NCBI RefSeq assembly: GCF_006345805.1
Contig: NC_043014.1
Span: forward strand, 9,114,001 to 9,178,000
From: Octopus sinensis
Lineage: Eukaryota
Direction of reading: 5' to 3'
DNA length: 64,000 nt
Shown piece after piece: positions 1 through 13,765 of the stretch (position 1 is its first letter; every line of letters starts with the position of its first letter). The position numbers and the translations under genes are program-made. The notes below the pieces were generated by a model. The model was given only the letters and a program-made list of their open reading frames with translations. It searched no databases and was not told the origin of the DNA.

Positions 1-1067
1 CTCAATTTAAAATGTCGAATATAAATATACCATATGGATAGAGTATATATTTTTGATTTTTGATTTTGATTTTGACTCTTGAGCGCTATGATGGATTTTG
101 ATTTTGTTTCCAAGCTATGCGGATCTTAATCCGTATAGCAAAGTCTTATGTTTCTACATATATATTAGGAAAAACCTACAAACTTTGTTTTCATGTTATT
201 GTATTGCATAGGATTACCTTGATTATTTATATTACCTTGATTATTTATAAATGACCCAAAATAGGATGTTATATTTTATTTTATATGTCTTTCGTATATA
301 TTTTTATTAATGCACCCATTTTTAAAAGCAATGTTTTTTAAAAAAAAGCAATGTTGTCAAAATTAGAATGTTTATATAAGTATGTGTATAGCAAAGTATA
401 TGTATTTGTAAGCATGCGTATCTGTAAGTGAAAGTATGTTTGTGCTTAAGCACACATATACACGACGGTATGTATATGTATCCATTCAAACTTGTGTATG
501 TATACTGGTCTCTATAGATGCCAATAACATAGTTACACTGCTTGTATACATAAGTTTTTTTCCCCACCCCTCCTTCGTTCCTTGTTCTCTCTTTCCCTTT
601 CTTTCGTTCCCCCTCCTTGCTCAGTATATGAGAATTGCTACATAGATGAATTTTAGCTTGCGTGCGAGACGGTTTGCGTGAATATATGTACACATGCTTT
701 TATGTGTATATTTAGATTCATATTCATACGTCTGTATATGTATGTATGGCGTTTACGCGCATCCTTTTGTGTATGTTGATATATATATGTAGATTTTAAT
801 ATAAATATGTATTGCAGTATTTATAACAGGTTTAATTCTATGCATTAATTTGCACTGTCTTCATTAACGTCAATAGGTTTTTTCCTCGGATTTTATAATT
901 TTTATAAGTTTTTTTATATATATATACATATATTTTTGACCTTTTTGTTTATCGCTCGAAGATTGACCGTTTTTTCTAAAGGGCCAATCAAACAAGTCCA
1001 TTTCTTTTTAAAGGTGTAGCGTTTGTAAGAGTATAGATTGAATTGATATATCAGTTACATTCTAGCA

Positions 1068-1114
1068 AAAACTGTCTGATGAACGGCAACGAGAAACTCG
1101 GAGTAACAGATTTT
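1068..1114 (+). ncRNA. Minimal type I hammerhead ribozyme motif, stem II degenerate (Penelope pLTR-like context)
   Basis: ctgt-CTGATGA-acggcaacga-GAAAC-tcgga-GTA-acag. Stem I ctgt/acag; stem III act/agt; closing pair of stem II is A-A. Confidence 0.55.
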
Positions 1115-1240
1115 GTTGAATTTTCTGCTGCTTTAAATAAAGCATATTACTCTACCACTGGTATTTGAGTACTCTTTTTTCCACCTTGTTTCACATTTAT
1201 GTGTTTACTCCGGTATATATATATATATATATATATTTGC

Positions 1241-1464
1241 CGGCGAGCTGGCAGAATCGTTAGCACGCCGGGCGAAATGCTTAGCAGTACTTCGTCTGCT
1301 GTTACGTTCTGAGTTCAAATTCCGCCGAGGTCGACTTTGCCTTTCATCCTTTCGAGGTCGATAAATTAAGTACCAGTTACGCACTGGGGTCGATGTAATC
1401 TACTTAATCTGTTTGTCTGTCTTTGTTTGTCCTCTCTGTGTTTAGCCCCTTGTGGGTAGTAAAG

Positions 1465-1469
<5 letters not shown>
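1241..1469 (+). mobile_element. SINE-A (tRNA-derived SINE)
   Basis: A-box-like agctggcagaatcgttagc, B-box gagttcaaattcc, tail gccccttgtgggtagtaaagaaata; >15 similar copies in window. Confidence 0.85.
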
Positions 1470-1505
<36 letters not shown>

Positions 1506-2313
1506 TATAATCTACATACGTAAATATACGTAAACAAGCGTATATACACACGCGAATATATTTAAAACCGTTTGTCAGGTATATTGAATATTAAAATAAT
1601 ATAACTTCAAATTGTAGATTGAAAGAAAGAATCGATAATATAATTAGAGGGATAGTGTAATAACATAATGTAAAATAAATTTTGGCCTCGGCGAAATTTA
1701 AATGAGAAAATTTAGTGACTGCCGAAAATCATCAAAAATTTTTTACTAAGTTCATTAAAGTTCTATCATCACCATCGAATTACAATCAATGATACTAAAA
1801 ATGATAAATAAATACAATGGAAGTTATTAAATAAATAATAAAAATAACAATGATAAAATTATGATAAAGAATGATGTAAAATAAAAGGAATCCATTCTGG
1901 TTTTCGATGTCTTTAAAAACACATTTTGATCGGCTGTAAATATTCGATATCTGTACAACACACATTAAGCGATTGTAAAAGGGCTTTCGAGATGTGCAAT
2001 AAAAATCAAAATTGTGAGGTATATTGTAGGCTAAATTGCATTGTAAGAAAAAAAAAAACAATGAAATAACTGAAAAAGGTGCATTTAAAGATAACGGTTA
2101 CAAAAAAACAATGAAAATGAAATAGAAATTAAATAATAATAAAACTTTGTAAACAGTCGAAGGTTTTTTCTTGATGGTCTAAAAGTGTGTAATGTAAGGG
2201 GAGATAAATGAACGATGAATGTTAAACAAAATGATGCCTATTTGTAGGTGGGAAAGCCAAGTTCAAATGCGAAAGTCAAATATTATTATCTGTATGGTAT
2301 TTTATCAGTTGAG

Positions 2314-2545
2314 AAGGCGGAGAGCTGGCAGAATCGTTAGCACGTCGGGCGAAATGCTTAGCGGTATTTCGTCTGCCGCTACGTTCTGAGTTCAAATTCC
2401 GCTGAGGTCGACTTTGCCTTTCATCCTTTCGGGGACGATTAAATAAGTACCAGTTACGCACTGGGGTCGATATAATCGACTTAATCCGTTTGTCTGTCCT
2501 TGTTTGTCCTCTTTGTGTTTACCCCTTGTGAGTAGTAAAGAAATA
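2314..2545 (+). mobile_element. SINE-A with 17-bp TSD
   Basis: TSD ggtattttatcagttga at 2296-2312 and 2546-2562. Confidence 0.9.
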
Positions 2546-2809
2546 GGTATTTTATCAGTTGACATTTTATACCTCGTAGCATGTCGTCAGGAATTCAGAA
2601 GCTCCAGCCATTGGTTCAATGCATATTTATCCTGGAACTGGTTGAAGAGCTATTCGGTCTGTTACAAATTGTACCTCATAAGGCGTCTATATGCTCCATG
2701 TCTATATGGTGCAACTTTCTCCAAGGTCACCCCTCCCCTGATATTGAATGGGCTTCTAAATATCAGTCATATTTAGCAAGACTGGTTCCTGTCATATTTT
2801 CGGGGTATC

Positions 2810-3160
2810 GAGATCAGTGACGAAAAGTTACTGGAAAAACGATATAAGTATTTCCATTGAGACTGCCTTTCATCGAAAACCAGTGATTGTCGTACGCTGA
2901 TGACAGGTCAAAACCTAGAAACTGCAGTCCGTGCGTATCACTTAGGTTGACGAGGGAAGGATGACCTCCCTTTGCAAATACCATAAGGTCACAGAGAATG
3001 TGTCTAAAGCCAGCTGGAGACGGTGTTCTCCTGGGGCTACAAGCTACAGTAACACCCACCCTTAGTGGTTAGCCATATTGAGATGGCAAGTATACCTCAC
3101 ATTGTCGTGCAGTTACTGTTTATACCTCGTTCAGAGATTTATTATTGAACTGAATTTCAA
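2810..3160 (+). mobile_element. Retrozyme-like ~350-bp monomer (copy 1)
   Basis: Colinear with the 54069-54497 element in circularly permuted order; contains a hammerhead motif. Confidence 0.7.
2891..2935 (+). ncRNA. Minimal type I hammerhead ribozyme
   Basis: cgtacg-CTGATGA-c aggt caaa acct a-GAAAC-tgca-GTC-cgtgcg. 6-bp stem I, palindromic loop III TGCA, C-A mismatch at base of stem II. Confidence 0.75.
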
Positions 3161-3347
3161 TGGGAATATAACCCAAATTTAAAGGAATTTTCTGTAGCTC
3201 ATGTATATGTTTTGTATTCTTCTGAGCCATCAATTTGTATCCTACTCTACATCCTGTATTCGAGTACTATTTTTTCCCACTATGTTTCACACATATGTGC
3301 TTACTTTGATGTATAGTATATATGTATATACATCATATACATATATA

Positions 3348-3348
<1 letters not shown>

Positions 3349-3416
<68 letters not shown>
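3349..3416. repeat. (GT)n microsatellite
   Basis: Direct reading. Confidence 0.95.
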
Positions 3417-3420
<4 letters not shown>

Positions 3421-3619
3421 TACTACTGCTTGCCAACCATTGTCGGTTTATTTACATCCACGTAACTTAACGGTTGGGTCACAGATGCCGAGCGAAAGGC
3501 ACCTGGTTTATAAGAAAATAAGTCCGTGGATATATTTTTTTGTCTAAAACCTCTCAAGGCGGTGCCCCAACATGGCCGCAGTTAAATGACTGAACGAAGA
3601 TAACAGTTATATATGTATA

Positions 3620-3790
3620 GGCACAGGAGTGGGTGTGTGGTAAGTAGCTTGCTTACCAACCACATGATTCTGGGTTCAGTCCCACTGCGTGGCACCTTGG
3701 GCAAGTGTTTTCTACTATAGCCCCGGGCGGACCAAAGCCTTGTGAATGGATTTGGTAGACGGAAACTGAAAGAAGCCTGTCGTATATATG

Positions 3791-3821
<31 letters not shown>

Positions 3822-4020
3822 TTATATGGCTGTGTTTGTCCCTCCAACATCGCTTGACAACCGATGCTGGTGTGTTTACGTCCCCGTAACTTAGCGGTTC
3901 GGCATAAGAGACCGATAGAATAAGTACTAGGCTTACAAAGAATAGGTCCTGGGGTCGATTTTCTCGACTAAAAGGCAGTGCTCCAGCATGGCTGCAGTCA
4001 AATGACTGAAACAAGTAAAA
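3620..4020 (+). mobile_element. SINE-B (tRNA head, ccttgggcaag core, internal TA/TG microsatellite, gagtaaaa-type tail)
   Basis: Matches the other copies (11168, 18034, 31737, 51035); A-box tggtaagtagc, B-box ggttcagtcc. Confidence 0.85.
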
Positions 4021-4047
4021 AATTTTTAAAAAAGGGAAAAAAAATAT

Positions 4048-4237
4048 ATAGCATTTTTTCCGATGGCCGGATAACTGAAGAGATGGCGGCGTGGGTTTCT
4101 GCCCCGATATCCGAAACTCAGAATTTTATCATGGCTACCGAATAATTGTCACATATTACATTTACAGATAACCTCCTCTATTTACATAATATCGAGGTCT
4201 CTTTAATTCTTTTGTTGTCTTACCATTTCTATCAATA
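4048..4237 (+). mobile_element. Short hammerhead-containing repeat (Penelope pLTR-derived)
   Basis: gataa-CTGAAGA...GAAAC-tcaga-ATT-ttatc at 4070-4130; same family as both arms at 23003-23301. Confidence 0.65.
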
Positions 4238-4574
4238 CACACACACATATATATATGCGCATGCGTGTGTGATTATATATATGGATAATATTGAAACAAG
4301 TTCACTCAATCGATAACTAAGGCTGTATGCTGTACGACGTTTGTTATACAACATTACTGATAGCGCTAAAATAAAAATGATAAAAAGTTATTCCAATTTG
4401 AATCTTTATTATTTTATATTTTATTGAAAGAATATCGACTGACTTGAAAATTTTTACTTTCTTATCAATGAATTCGATATCTCGATAATTAAATATTTGC
4501 ATTTATTTCGCAAATTTTGGACAGATTTGTAATATTTATTTGCTTTCGAATGTTGAAGTTTGATAGTTATATAA

Positions 4575-5522
4575 TCTTTTCTACTCTAGGCACAAGGCCC
4601 GAAATTTTGGGGGAGGGGGGCCAGTCGATTAGATCGACCTCAGAACGCAACTGGTACTCAATTTATCGACCCTGAAAGGATGAAAGCAAAGTCGACCTCG
4701 GCGTAATTTGAACTCAGAATGTAAACATGGACGAAATACCTATTTCTTTACTACCCACAAGGGGCTAAACACAGAGAGCACAAACAAGGACAGACAAAGC
4801 GATTAAGTCGATTATATCGACGCCAGTGCGTAACTGGTACTTAATTTATCGACCCCGAAAGGATGAAAGGCAAAGTCGACCTCGGCGGAATTTGAACGCA
4901 GAACGTAGCGGCAGACGAAATACCTATTTCTTTACTACCCACAAGGGGCTAAACACAGAGAGGACAAATAAAGACAGACAGACGGATTAAGTCGATTATA
5001 TCGACCCCAGTGCGTAAGTGGTACTTATTTAATCGACCCCGAAAGGATGAAAGGAAAAGTCGACCTCGGCGGCATTTGAACTCAGAACGTAGCGGCAGAT
5101 GAAATACCTATTTCTTTACTACCCACAAGGGGCTAAACACAGAGAGGACAAACAAGGGCAGCCAAACGGATTAAGTCGATCATATCGACCCCAGTGCGTA
5201 ACTGGTACTTATTTAATCGACCCCGAAAGGATGAAGGAAAAGTCGACCTCGGCGGCATTTGAACTCAGAACGTAGCGGCAGATGAAATACCTATTTCTTT
5301 ACTACCCACAAGGGGCTAAACACAGAGAGGACAAACAAGGGCAGCCAAACGGATTAAGTCGATCATATCGACCCCAGTGCGTAACTGGTACTTATTTAAT
5401 CGACCCCGAAAGGATGAAAGGCAAAGTCGACCTCTGCGGAATTTGAACTCCGAACGTAACGGCAGGCGAAATACTGCTACACATTTCGCCCGGCGTGCTA
5501 ACGATTCTGCCAGCTCGCCGCC
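4575..5522 (-). repeat. Head-to-tail array of five SINE-A units (one head, ~184-bp headless units)
   Basis: Junction gaaatacctatttcttt at 4733, 4917, 5101 and 5284. Confidence 0.9.
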
Positions 5523-6067
5523 TTAGTGTTATAACTCTACAATGCTCTAGACATATATCTGTTATCTTTTACCTTTGTCATATTTCAGTCATTCGACCCT
5601 CTCTAGTACTTGGATTTCTTTTTTTCTAAATCCTGATACTTATTCTATGGAGAACATTTGCTGAACCGCCAAGTCATGAGGTCGTTAACGCACCAGCACT
5701 AGTTGTGAAGTGGTGCCAAGGGAAAAAAACGCAAACACAAACAAGCACGTATATATATAGTTATACTGCGGGCTTCTTTCAGTTTCCACCAATTAGGTCA
5801 TCTCACAGCGCCTTCGCTGGCTAGAGGCACTTTAAAGACACATATAAAAACGCATATATGAAGACACATATTTAAGGTGCCGGACAGTGAGAATGAACCC
5901 TGAATTATATGGTTGGGAAGTAAGCTTCATACCACACAGCCACGCATTCGATCATCGGGCCCTTTGCAGTAAGAAACCCATGATTATAGAAGTTCCACTT
6001 GTGGCCTTCCCGTTCGGTATTGAGCTATATTACATGTACCACTATTTTATGGAATACGCTTTTGTAA

Positions 6068-6545
6068 GGCGCCGAGCTGGCAGAAACGTCTGCCATTACG
6101 TTCTGAGTTTAAATTCCGTCGAGGTCGACTTTGCCTTTCATCCTTTCGGGGTCGATTAAATAAGTACCAGTTAATCCGTTTTTCTGTCCTTGTTTGTCCT
6201 CTCTGTGTTTAGCCCCTTGTGGGCAGTAAAGAAATAGGTATTTCGACTGCCGCTACGTTCTGAGTTCAAAATCCACCGAGGTCGACTTTGCCTTTCATCC
6301 TTTCGGGGTCGATTGATTAACTAATCAAACTTCGATTTCATAAATGATGACTTATGCATTTCATGGTCCGGTTGGCGCGTATTTGCTACGAGATCTGTTT
6401 AAACATAAGGCGGCGAACTGGCAGAAACGTTAGCAAGCCAGACGAACTGCTTAGTACCAGTTACGCACTGGGGACGATATAATCGACTTAATCCGTTTGT
6501 CTGTCCTCTCTGTGTTTGGCCCCTTGTGGCTAGTAAAGAAATAGG
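6068..6545 (+). mobile_element. Cluster of partial SINE-A copies
   Basis: SINE-A consensus blocks with internal deletions and the same aaagaaata|ggtatttcg junction at ~6235. Confidence 0.75.
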
Positions 6546-7380
6546 AATACGTTTTTGTTTTGATCCACACTGTTTGTTTATTATTGTGATTTAGAGCTGT
6601 CACTTCAAATTCAAGACATGTGGAACGTCTTTCTTTTTTATTGATCGATCGTTCTACTTATGACGGAATTCTGAAAAGCTCCTGGCTTTAAGGGTTTCTC
6701 AAAACGCCTGACTTGAGGCCCATACTTCCGAGTTCTTTTATGAGACTTAGAAAAACTGAAAGACGGCTGCATTAAGTGTTTGAATCTGAAAGGAAAATTT
6801 GTTGAATAAAGCCATAATTAACTGATCCTTCAGCATTTTATTCTACACAAAGCCATGAACTCTTCAGTACTATTCATTGTTATTAAACCTTCAGTCAACC
6901 GTGAGCGTTCAAAGTTTGATAATAAGCGTTTCACCTATGAACATGTATCAAAAATATTAATTTGGTTTATCCACATCAGCCATTGTGATTGCGCGTGAAC
7001 TAGTGGATAGGTTGAAGCACTCTCGATCACAAGGTCAGGGTTTCGATTCTCGGAACGAGTGGTGTACATTGCAAAACCATTTACATGACGTTGGTCCAGA
7101 GTTAAATGTATAACCTTGCGACGGACTCGCGTTCTATCAAGAGGGTATGTTGTAATCTTGGTCGGTTGACCATACGTCACGGCAAAAGGCTTTGTGAGTG
7201 TTGGCTTGAAAATGTCCAGTGGCTCACTTACTTCATCATCCGGGCCCTGATAGTGATTTCCAAACTCTAATATGCCAAATTGAGCGTTGAGTGCGATTTG
7301 GCTACTATTTCTAGCTGAACCAACGACTGGTTAGAGTTTCCTCACTCAGTCAGTATTCAACTATGTTTGCAGGTATTTAT

Positions 7381-7805
7381 TTCTACTCTAGGCACAAGGC
7401 CCGAAATTTTGGAGGAGGGGGCAGTCGATTATAACCACCCCAGTACGCAACTGGTACTTAATTCATGGACCCCGAAAGGATGACAGGAAAAGTCGACCTC
7501 GGTGTAATTTGAACTCAAAACTTAAAGACAGACGAAATAGCGCTAAGCATTTCACCCGGCGTACTAACGTTTCTTATTTCTTTATCACCCACAAGGGGCT
7601 AAACATAGAGGGGACAATCAAGGACAGACAAAGGGATAAGTCGATTACATCGACCCCAGTGCATAACTGGTACTTATTGAATCGACCCCGAAAGAATGAA
7701 AGGCAAAGTCGACCTTGGCGGAATTTGAACTCAAAACGTAAAGACAGACGGAAAACCGTTAAGCATTTCACTCGGCGTGGTAACGTTTCTGCCAGCTCGC
7801 CGCCT
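7381..7805 (-). mobile_element. Two adjacent SINE-A copies with different 3' tails
   Basis: Reverse-complement consensus; tail type 2 at 7381, tail type 1 at ~7576. Confidence 0.75.
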
Positions 7806-9124
7806 TACGTTTGTACTTATTTCCTCGATAAGTTGTCAATTTACTAAATTATGTAAGCAAGCAAGATTAACGATTTATGTATCCAAATGATTAGAAACGA
7901 AAACCTCCCGCAGGGCATATAATTCTTCGAATAATGACATTTTTTTATACTGACGAAACTCTGCAGTCATTCAAAATTAACTCTAGTTTATTACTATTTC
8001 TCGACTCACAGGAATGAAAGGCAAATGCGAACTTAAGTGAGATTCAACATCAAACAGAAATATTTTCTTCGACTCGTTAGTGCTTTTGGTATTCTACTAC
8101 ACCTAATTATGTTAAATGGTCACAGATTTCGACAGACAAATACAGTCGATTACATCTTATCAGTTAAATATTTTCTCAATTCCTTATGAAAGGCGAAATA
8201 CTCCCCAAGGGAGTTTCGAACATAAAGGAAGAAATATAAATTCATTCCACAAATTAATTTCTCTGCTACTCTATTAATTCTGCCGTCGTCCACCCTGGCA
8301 AATATATAAATATACACTGATTGATTTATCATTATCTTTGGTTGATCTAGCTTCCCCTGTTATAGTCTGGTGAGAGATTTTAAAATTGCACTAGGCAGAA
8401 ATACCAGTCTATATTATATAAGTTCCAAATATCATTAGCTTCAAGAAAGTTTATATATCTTGTCTTAAATTTCATTAGGTATTGTACCAATTGAATAAAA
8501 CATTTCCTGTGATGTCTTTTGAAAGAGTCACGGCTGCTCTGTAGTTTGGAATTTCTCAATATAAAGCATGTATTCCGGACTCTTATGCAATGTAAGCACT
8601 CTGTTCTGTATCCCCAGAAATGTGAAGACATGGAAAATGTAATTTAATAGGATTTATATTAGAAATTAAACTTTATTTCGCCAGTAAATAACATGTTGTT
8701 ATGAAAGAGCAAATTTATTACGATATCTTTCAAATTATAACGATACTGTTAATTATATTTTTGCTGCGATGAATGTGACCAGTGGAAGAACAGAATTCTT
8801 AACAAGACCCAAACTTCGCAAATGCTTATGTATATACATTTTGATTATATAGTAGGCATCTATGTATGTATGTGTGTATGCACGTATGTGCTTGTATTAA
8901 GGTAGTGGGTAGCGATTTTCTTCACTACTTCGTCGCGGGCTCAGCTAGCTCCGGCTGATTACCTGGTATGGGTCCCTATCCAGGGTTACAGAAAGGAGAC
9001 AACCTTCAATGAAATCCGGAGTGGAGCCCCGTAGCCGGTTTAGTGTTCGACTCGAAACTCTTCCGGCAGCTCCTGCAACCAGGCTGGTGCTCATTTCCCT
9101 GTTACTCTTCGGGATAGTATTTAT

Positions 9125-9383
9125 ATGGTTCTTTATTACCCACAAGGGGCTAAACATAGAGGGGACAAACAAGGTCAGGCAAACGAAGATGCATGAGGAA
9201 CAAAAAAACGGATTAAGTCGATTACATCGACCCCCGTGCGTAGCTGGTAGTTCATTTATCGACCTCGAAAGGATGAAAGGCAAAGTCGACTTCGGCGGAA
9301 TTTGAACTCAGAACGTAACGGCAGACGAAATACGGCTACGCATTTGGCCCGGCGAGCTAACGGTTCTGCCAGCTCACCGCCTT
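9125..9383 (-). mobile_element. SINE-A with 14-bp TSD
   Basis: ggatagtatttata occurs on both sides (~9112 and ~9388). Confidence 0.8.
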
Positions 9384-10387
9384 CACCGGATAGTATTTAT
9401 AATGCGTGAGTTATCTGATCGATTTCTTTTTCTGATAACCCTAGCTTATCCAGATTGTCACTCGAGCATTTAAAACCAAAACAAATTGCGCCAAGTATAA
9501 AAATCTAAATATGAAATCTCGATATAAAAGCGGGAGGTTTCGAAGCTTTTCTGCAGAAGGGATATTCACATCACCAGGTCAGCTAACCTCTGTGACAGTG
9601 CATAGGTTTTCGTTTCAGTGCCAAACAACAATATACCGCCAGATATGTTCACATTTGACAGAGATTTTGATGGAAAAGTTCTATCTGTAACCTTTGTGTT
9701 AATGTTTAGAATTGGCTGGGTGGTAAGTAGCTTGCTTACTTCAGTACAGAATGGACGCGTTCTTTTCGCGGTGGAAGTCAAGTCATGTCTCAGTGTCGTG
9801 AAATAGTGAAGCACGACTACTAGGAAAGACATCTGTTTTTTGTAACTTAATGGCCGTCTGTTGCTTGTATTATTTATGTTTTCCGCATATTTTCAACTCA
9901 TAATTTTGCCACGTGCTGTATACTGAATCTCCAGTATTTTTGCTCCTTTTATATTTTGCTATATGTATGTATATATATATATATATATAAATATTGGAAG
10001 GTTTGGAAATGATGTACAGGTATTTTATATTAGAAGAAATGAGGTACTCAGAATTTCGGCTGGTCTTATATTTACAGATATTTATTTGTATATCACATGT
10101 TTTTATACATCACATAACTTATATCATATATCATATATTAGCGCTTTCGCCCATTCTATTGAGGTTTTCAAATCGAACTAAGTTCCTGTGAAAAAGTGTT
10201 GACCATTTTATAGTGTTATTGTATATATAAACATATAATATATATTATATATACATATTAGAGGGAAACCACTATGTGGACACCCTTATACTAGAAATAG
10301 ATTCGCTATGGTCTTACGACTAAGGAATGTTCTCAACAAAAATTTAGTAAAACAACCAAAACGTAATCGAGCACGACAAAAGAAAAA

Positions 10388-10413
10388 GCATACATATATA
10401 TATATATATACAC

Positions 10414-10460
<47 letters not shown>

Positions 10461-10910
10461 TATTTATATTTATATATATATACGTAATATATTTATATAT
10501 ATATATATATATACGTATATATATTTATATATATATATATATATACACGTATATATTTATATATACACGTATATATATTTATATATATAATACACGTATA
10601 TATATTTATATATATAAACACGTATATATATTTATATATATATATACACGTATATATATTTATATATATATATATACACGTATATATATTTATATATATA
10701 TATACACGTATATATATTTATATATATATACACGTTATATATTTATATATATATATACACGTATATATATTTATATATATATATATAACTATATATTTAT
10801 ATATATATACACGTATATATATTATATATATATATATATATTATATATATATATATATATTATATATATACACACACGTATATATTTATATATATACATA
10901 CATATACACA
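10388..10910. repeat. Compound (TA)n minisatellite, ~22-26-bp unit cacgtatatatatttatatatata
   Basis: Direct reading. Confidence 0.9.
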
Positions 10911-11167
10911 CATACAACAGAGACATGTATATACATATATACATACATAATTATATACATACATATATGTGTGTGTGTGTGTGTGTGCATGTATTTCAAT
11001 TAAACCACACGCATATACACGCACAGCGACACACGCATATGTTCCTTACCACAGACAATTCTGTAAGCTAGAAGCACTTCTCAAATCGTATTCTAAACCA
11101 CGTCAGATAATTCTATCCCTTTTCAATTTCCCCGGGAAGTAATTCCGATATAATCTACGCATCTTCT

Positions 11168-11592
11168 ACAGAAGCAGGAGTGGCTGTGTGGTAAGTAGCT
11201 TGCTAACCAACCACATGGTTCCGGGTTCAGTCCCACTGCGTGGCATCTTGGGCAAATGTCTTCTGCTATAGCCCCGGGCCGACCAATGCCTTGTGAGTGG
11301 ATTTGGTAGACGGAAACTGAAAGAAGCCTGTCGTATATATGTGTATATATATGTATGTGTGTTTGTTTGTGTGTCTGTGTTTGTCCCCCTAGCATTGCTT
11401 GACAACCGATGCTGGTGTGTTTATGTCCCCGTTACTTAGCGGTTCGGCAAAAGAGACCGATAGCATAAGTACTGGGCTTACAAAAAAAGAATAAGTCCCG
11501 GGGTCGAGTCGCTCGACTAAAGGCGGTGCTCCAGCATGGCCGCAGTCAAAGGACTGAAACAAGTAAAAGAGTAAAAGAGAGAGTAAAGAGTA
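11168..11592 (+). mobile_element. SINE-B
   Basis: Full consensus with gagtaaaa tail. Confidence 0.85.
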
Positions 11593-12364
11593 AGCAATCT
11601 AATACAGAATAAGAGGAGATCATTCTGATCAACAAATACACTGTATTTTCATTGGAGATGGATCTTTCCACAAAGCTGATTACTTATGTATCTTTAAATT
11701 TCCCTTTGTGGATCTGTATTAACATGGTAGCATTCATTTTCAATTTCCTGAATACCATCTACCAATTCTTAAAAAATGTTATATTGATATACAGCAAGCA
11801 ATAAACAATTTATAAAATTTATTTATTGCTTGAACGAAAATATATACTTGATTAATTCATATAATTAAATTGAATCTAGTTTTTCAGATTCTTTTTTCAA
11901 TTAGGCCCGCGTTTAATTGACGAATAAACATTATAAAACAAAAGCTTTTAAAATCTCAATGAGATTTTTTCTCATAAATCTGATTTGTGTCGTAGCAATT
12001 ATAACACGCAACTAGATTCAGCCATCATTTGAAAATCACTGATTTTGTGCTTCTCTTGTATAAAAGTCTTCACGGGATCGTTCTACAAGCAGCACAGGAC
12101 TTCTGATGTATAAAGCAGGTTTCTATTCCGATAGCCCCTCACATGTACTTTTTATCCCATGAATTACATTTTTGAGCAGTAAGATCTACCTTTTATAAAG
12201 GGACAGTGGTAATTTTTTAAGAATATCATTCGGACGGTCTTATAAATAAGCAAATTGTAGTTGCAAATTTCGTTCAGTTGTGTACACGATAAATGCAGAA
12301 AGCCAGCATCTACATTTGCCCCATCAAAATGGTCCATATAAATTCACTATCTACGGGAAGTAAG

Positions 12365-12770
12365 CCAGCGAGCCGGCAGAAATGTTACCACGCCGGGCGA
12401 AATGTAGCGGTATTTCGTCTGCCGTTACGTTCTGAATTCAAATTCCGCCGAGGTCGACTTTGCTTTTCATCCTTTCGGGATCGATTAAATAATTACCAGT
12501 TACGCACTGGGGTCGATACAATCGACTTAATCCGTTTGTCTGTCCTAATTTGTCCCCTCTGTATGTAACTCCTTGTGGGCGGTAAAGAAATAAGTAACGT
12601 TAGCACATCTGGCCAAATTCTTAGCGATATTTCGTCTGTTTTGACGTTCTGAGTTCAAATTCCGCCGAGGTCGACTTTGCCTCTCATCCTTTCGAGGTCG
12701 ATAAATTAAGTACCAGTTGTATACTCGAGTCAATGTAATCGACTGGCCCGCTCCTCAAAACGTCGGGATT
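12365..12770 (+). mobile_element. Two tandem SINE-A copies
   Basis: Consensus match. Confidence 0.75.
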
Positions 12771-13405
12771 TGTGTCAAGAGTAGAAACGAATGTATTCTA
12801 ATTCAGTCAGGGCAAACATATAGGACTAAAAACTGTATTCAACCAATATCAACCGGGTTGTTGACAAATAGTTCAGTGAACTAAGCGTTCATACTGTCTA
12901 CTGGGCTACTGAATTGTAATTAATTATTGGTAAAGTGGATGCCTTTAATTAGTAGAGCGAATTATCGAATTTTAATTAAAACTACTTTGTTAGCTTAAGT
13001 GGTTTATTTTAAGCAATCAACATTTCTTAACTCATTACATTATATATTAGCGGACACGAAACTGATTAAGAATTGTTTCCCGTTTTGGCAGAATGACAAA
13101 TATTTTTAAGGCAAGGGATTGATCGATTTCATTGATCGCAGATGTTACTAGCTCTTCATTTTATTGAGCACAGAGCAATGACATGTAAAGTTAAGCTCGT
13201 TAGCTCGGCCCTCTAACGATTTTGTCAACTGCAACCTAAACTTAAGTAAAATAATTAATACTATCTACTATAGGCACAAGACCTTAAATTTTCAGGTGTG
13301 TGGCGGGGCTAGTCGATTACATTACTCTCAGTGTTTTGCTGTTCACAGAATGTTATATAAAATAGAAACAGCTGAGGTAGGTTCTGTACGCTTATATATA
13401 TATAT

Positions 13406-13635
13406 TTATTTACTGCCCACAAGGGGCTAAACATAGAGGGCACAAACAAGGACAGACAAAGGGAGTAAGTCGATTACATCGACCCCAGTGCGTAACTGGT
13501 ACTTTTTCATCGACCACGAAAGGTTGAAAGACAAAGTGGACCTGGGCGGAACTTGAACTCAGAACCTAAGGAGGGACGAAATGCCGCTAAAAAGTTCGGC
13601 TGATGTGCTAACGGTTCTGCTAGCTTGCCGCCTTA
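13406..13635 (-). mobile_element. SINE-A
   Basis: Reverse-complement consensus match. Confidence 0.75.
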
Positions 13636-13765
13636 GCTTAATGAAAAGTATTTAGTAATATTTAATAATATACTTTTGGATAGATCGCTACATTACCTCA
13701 ATTGTTGTTTTACTATTTTCATGCAGCAACAGCTCTCAGTAAATGTCTTACATTTTTATTAATTA

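Noticed and set aside
4575-5522. CRISPR-like or regularly spaced array
   Set aside because: Units are whole SINE bodies with no unique spacers, in a eukaryotic context.
8380-8640. Possible CR1/L2 RT C-terminal relic on the minus strand
   Set aside because: Too degenerate to support.
8900-9124. Possible RTE-LINE 5' UTR with an HDV-like ribozyme
   Set aside because: Only a general resemblance; I could not build the double pseudoknot by eye.
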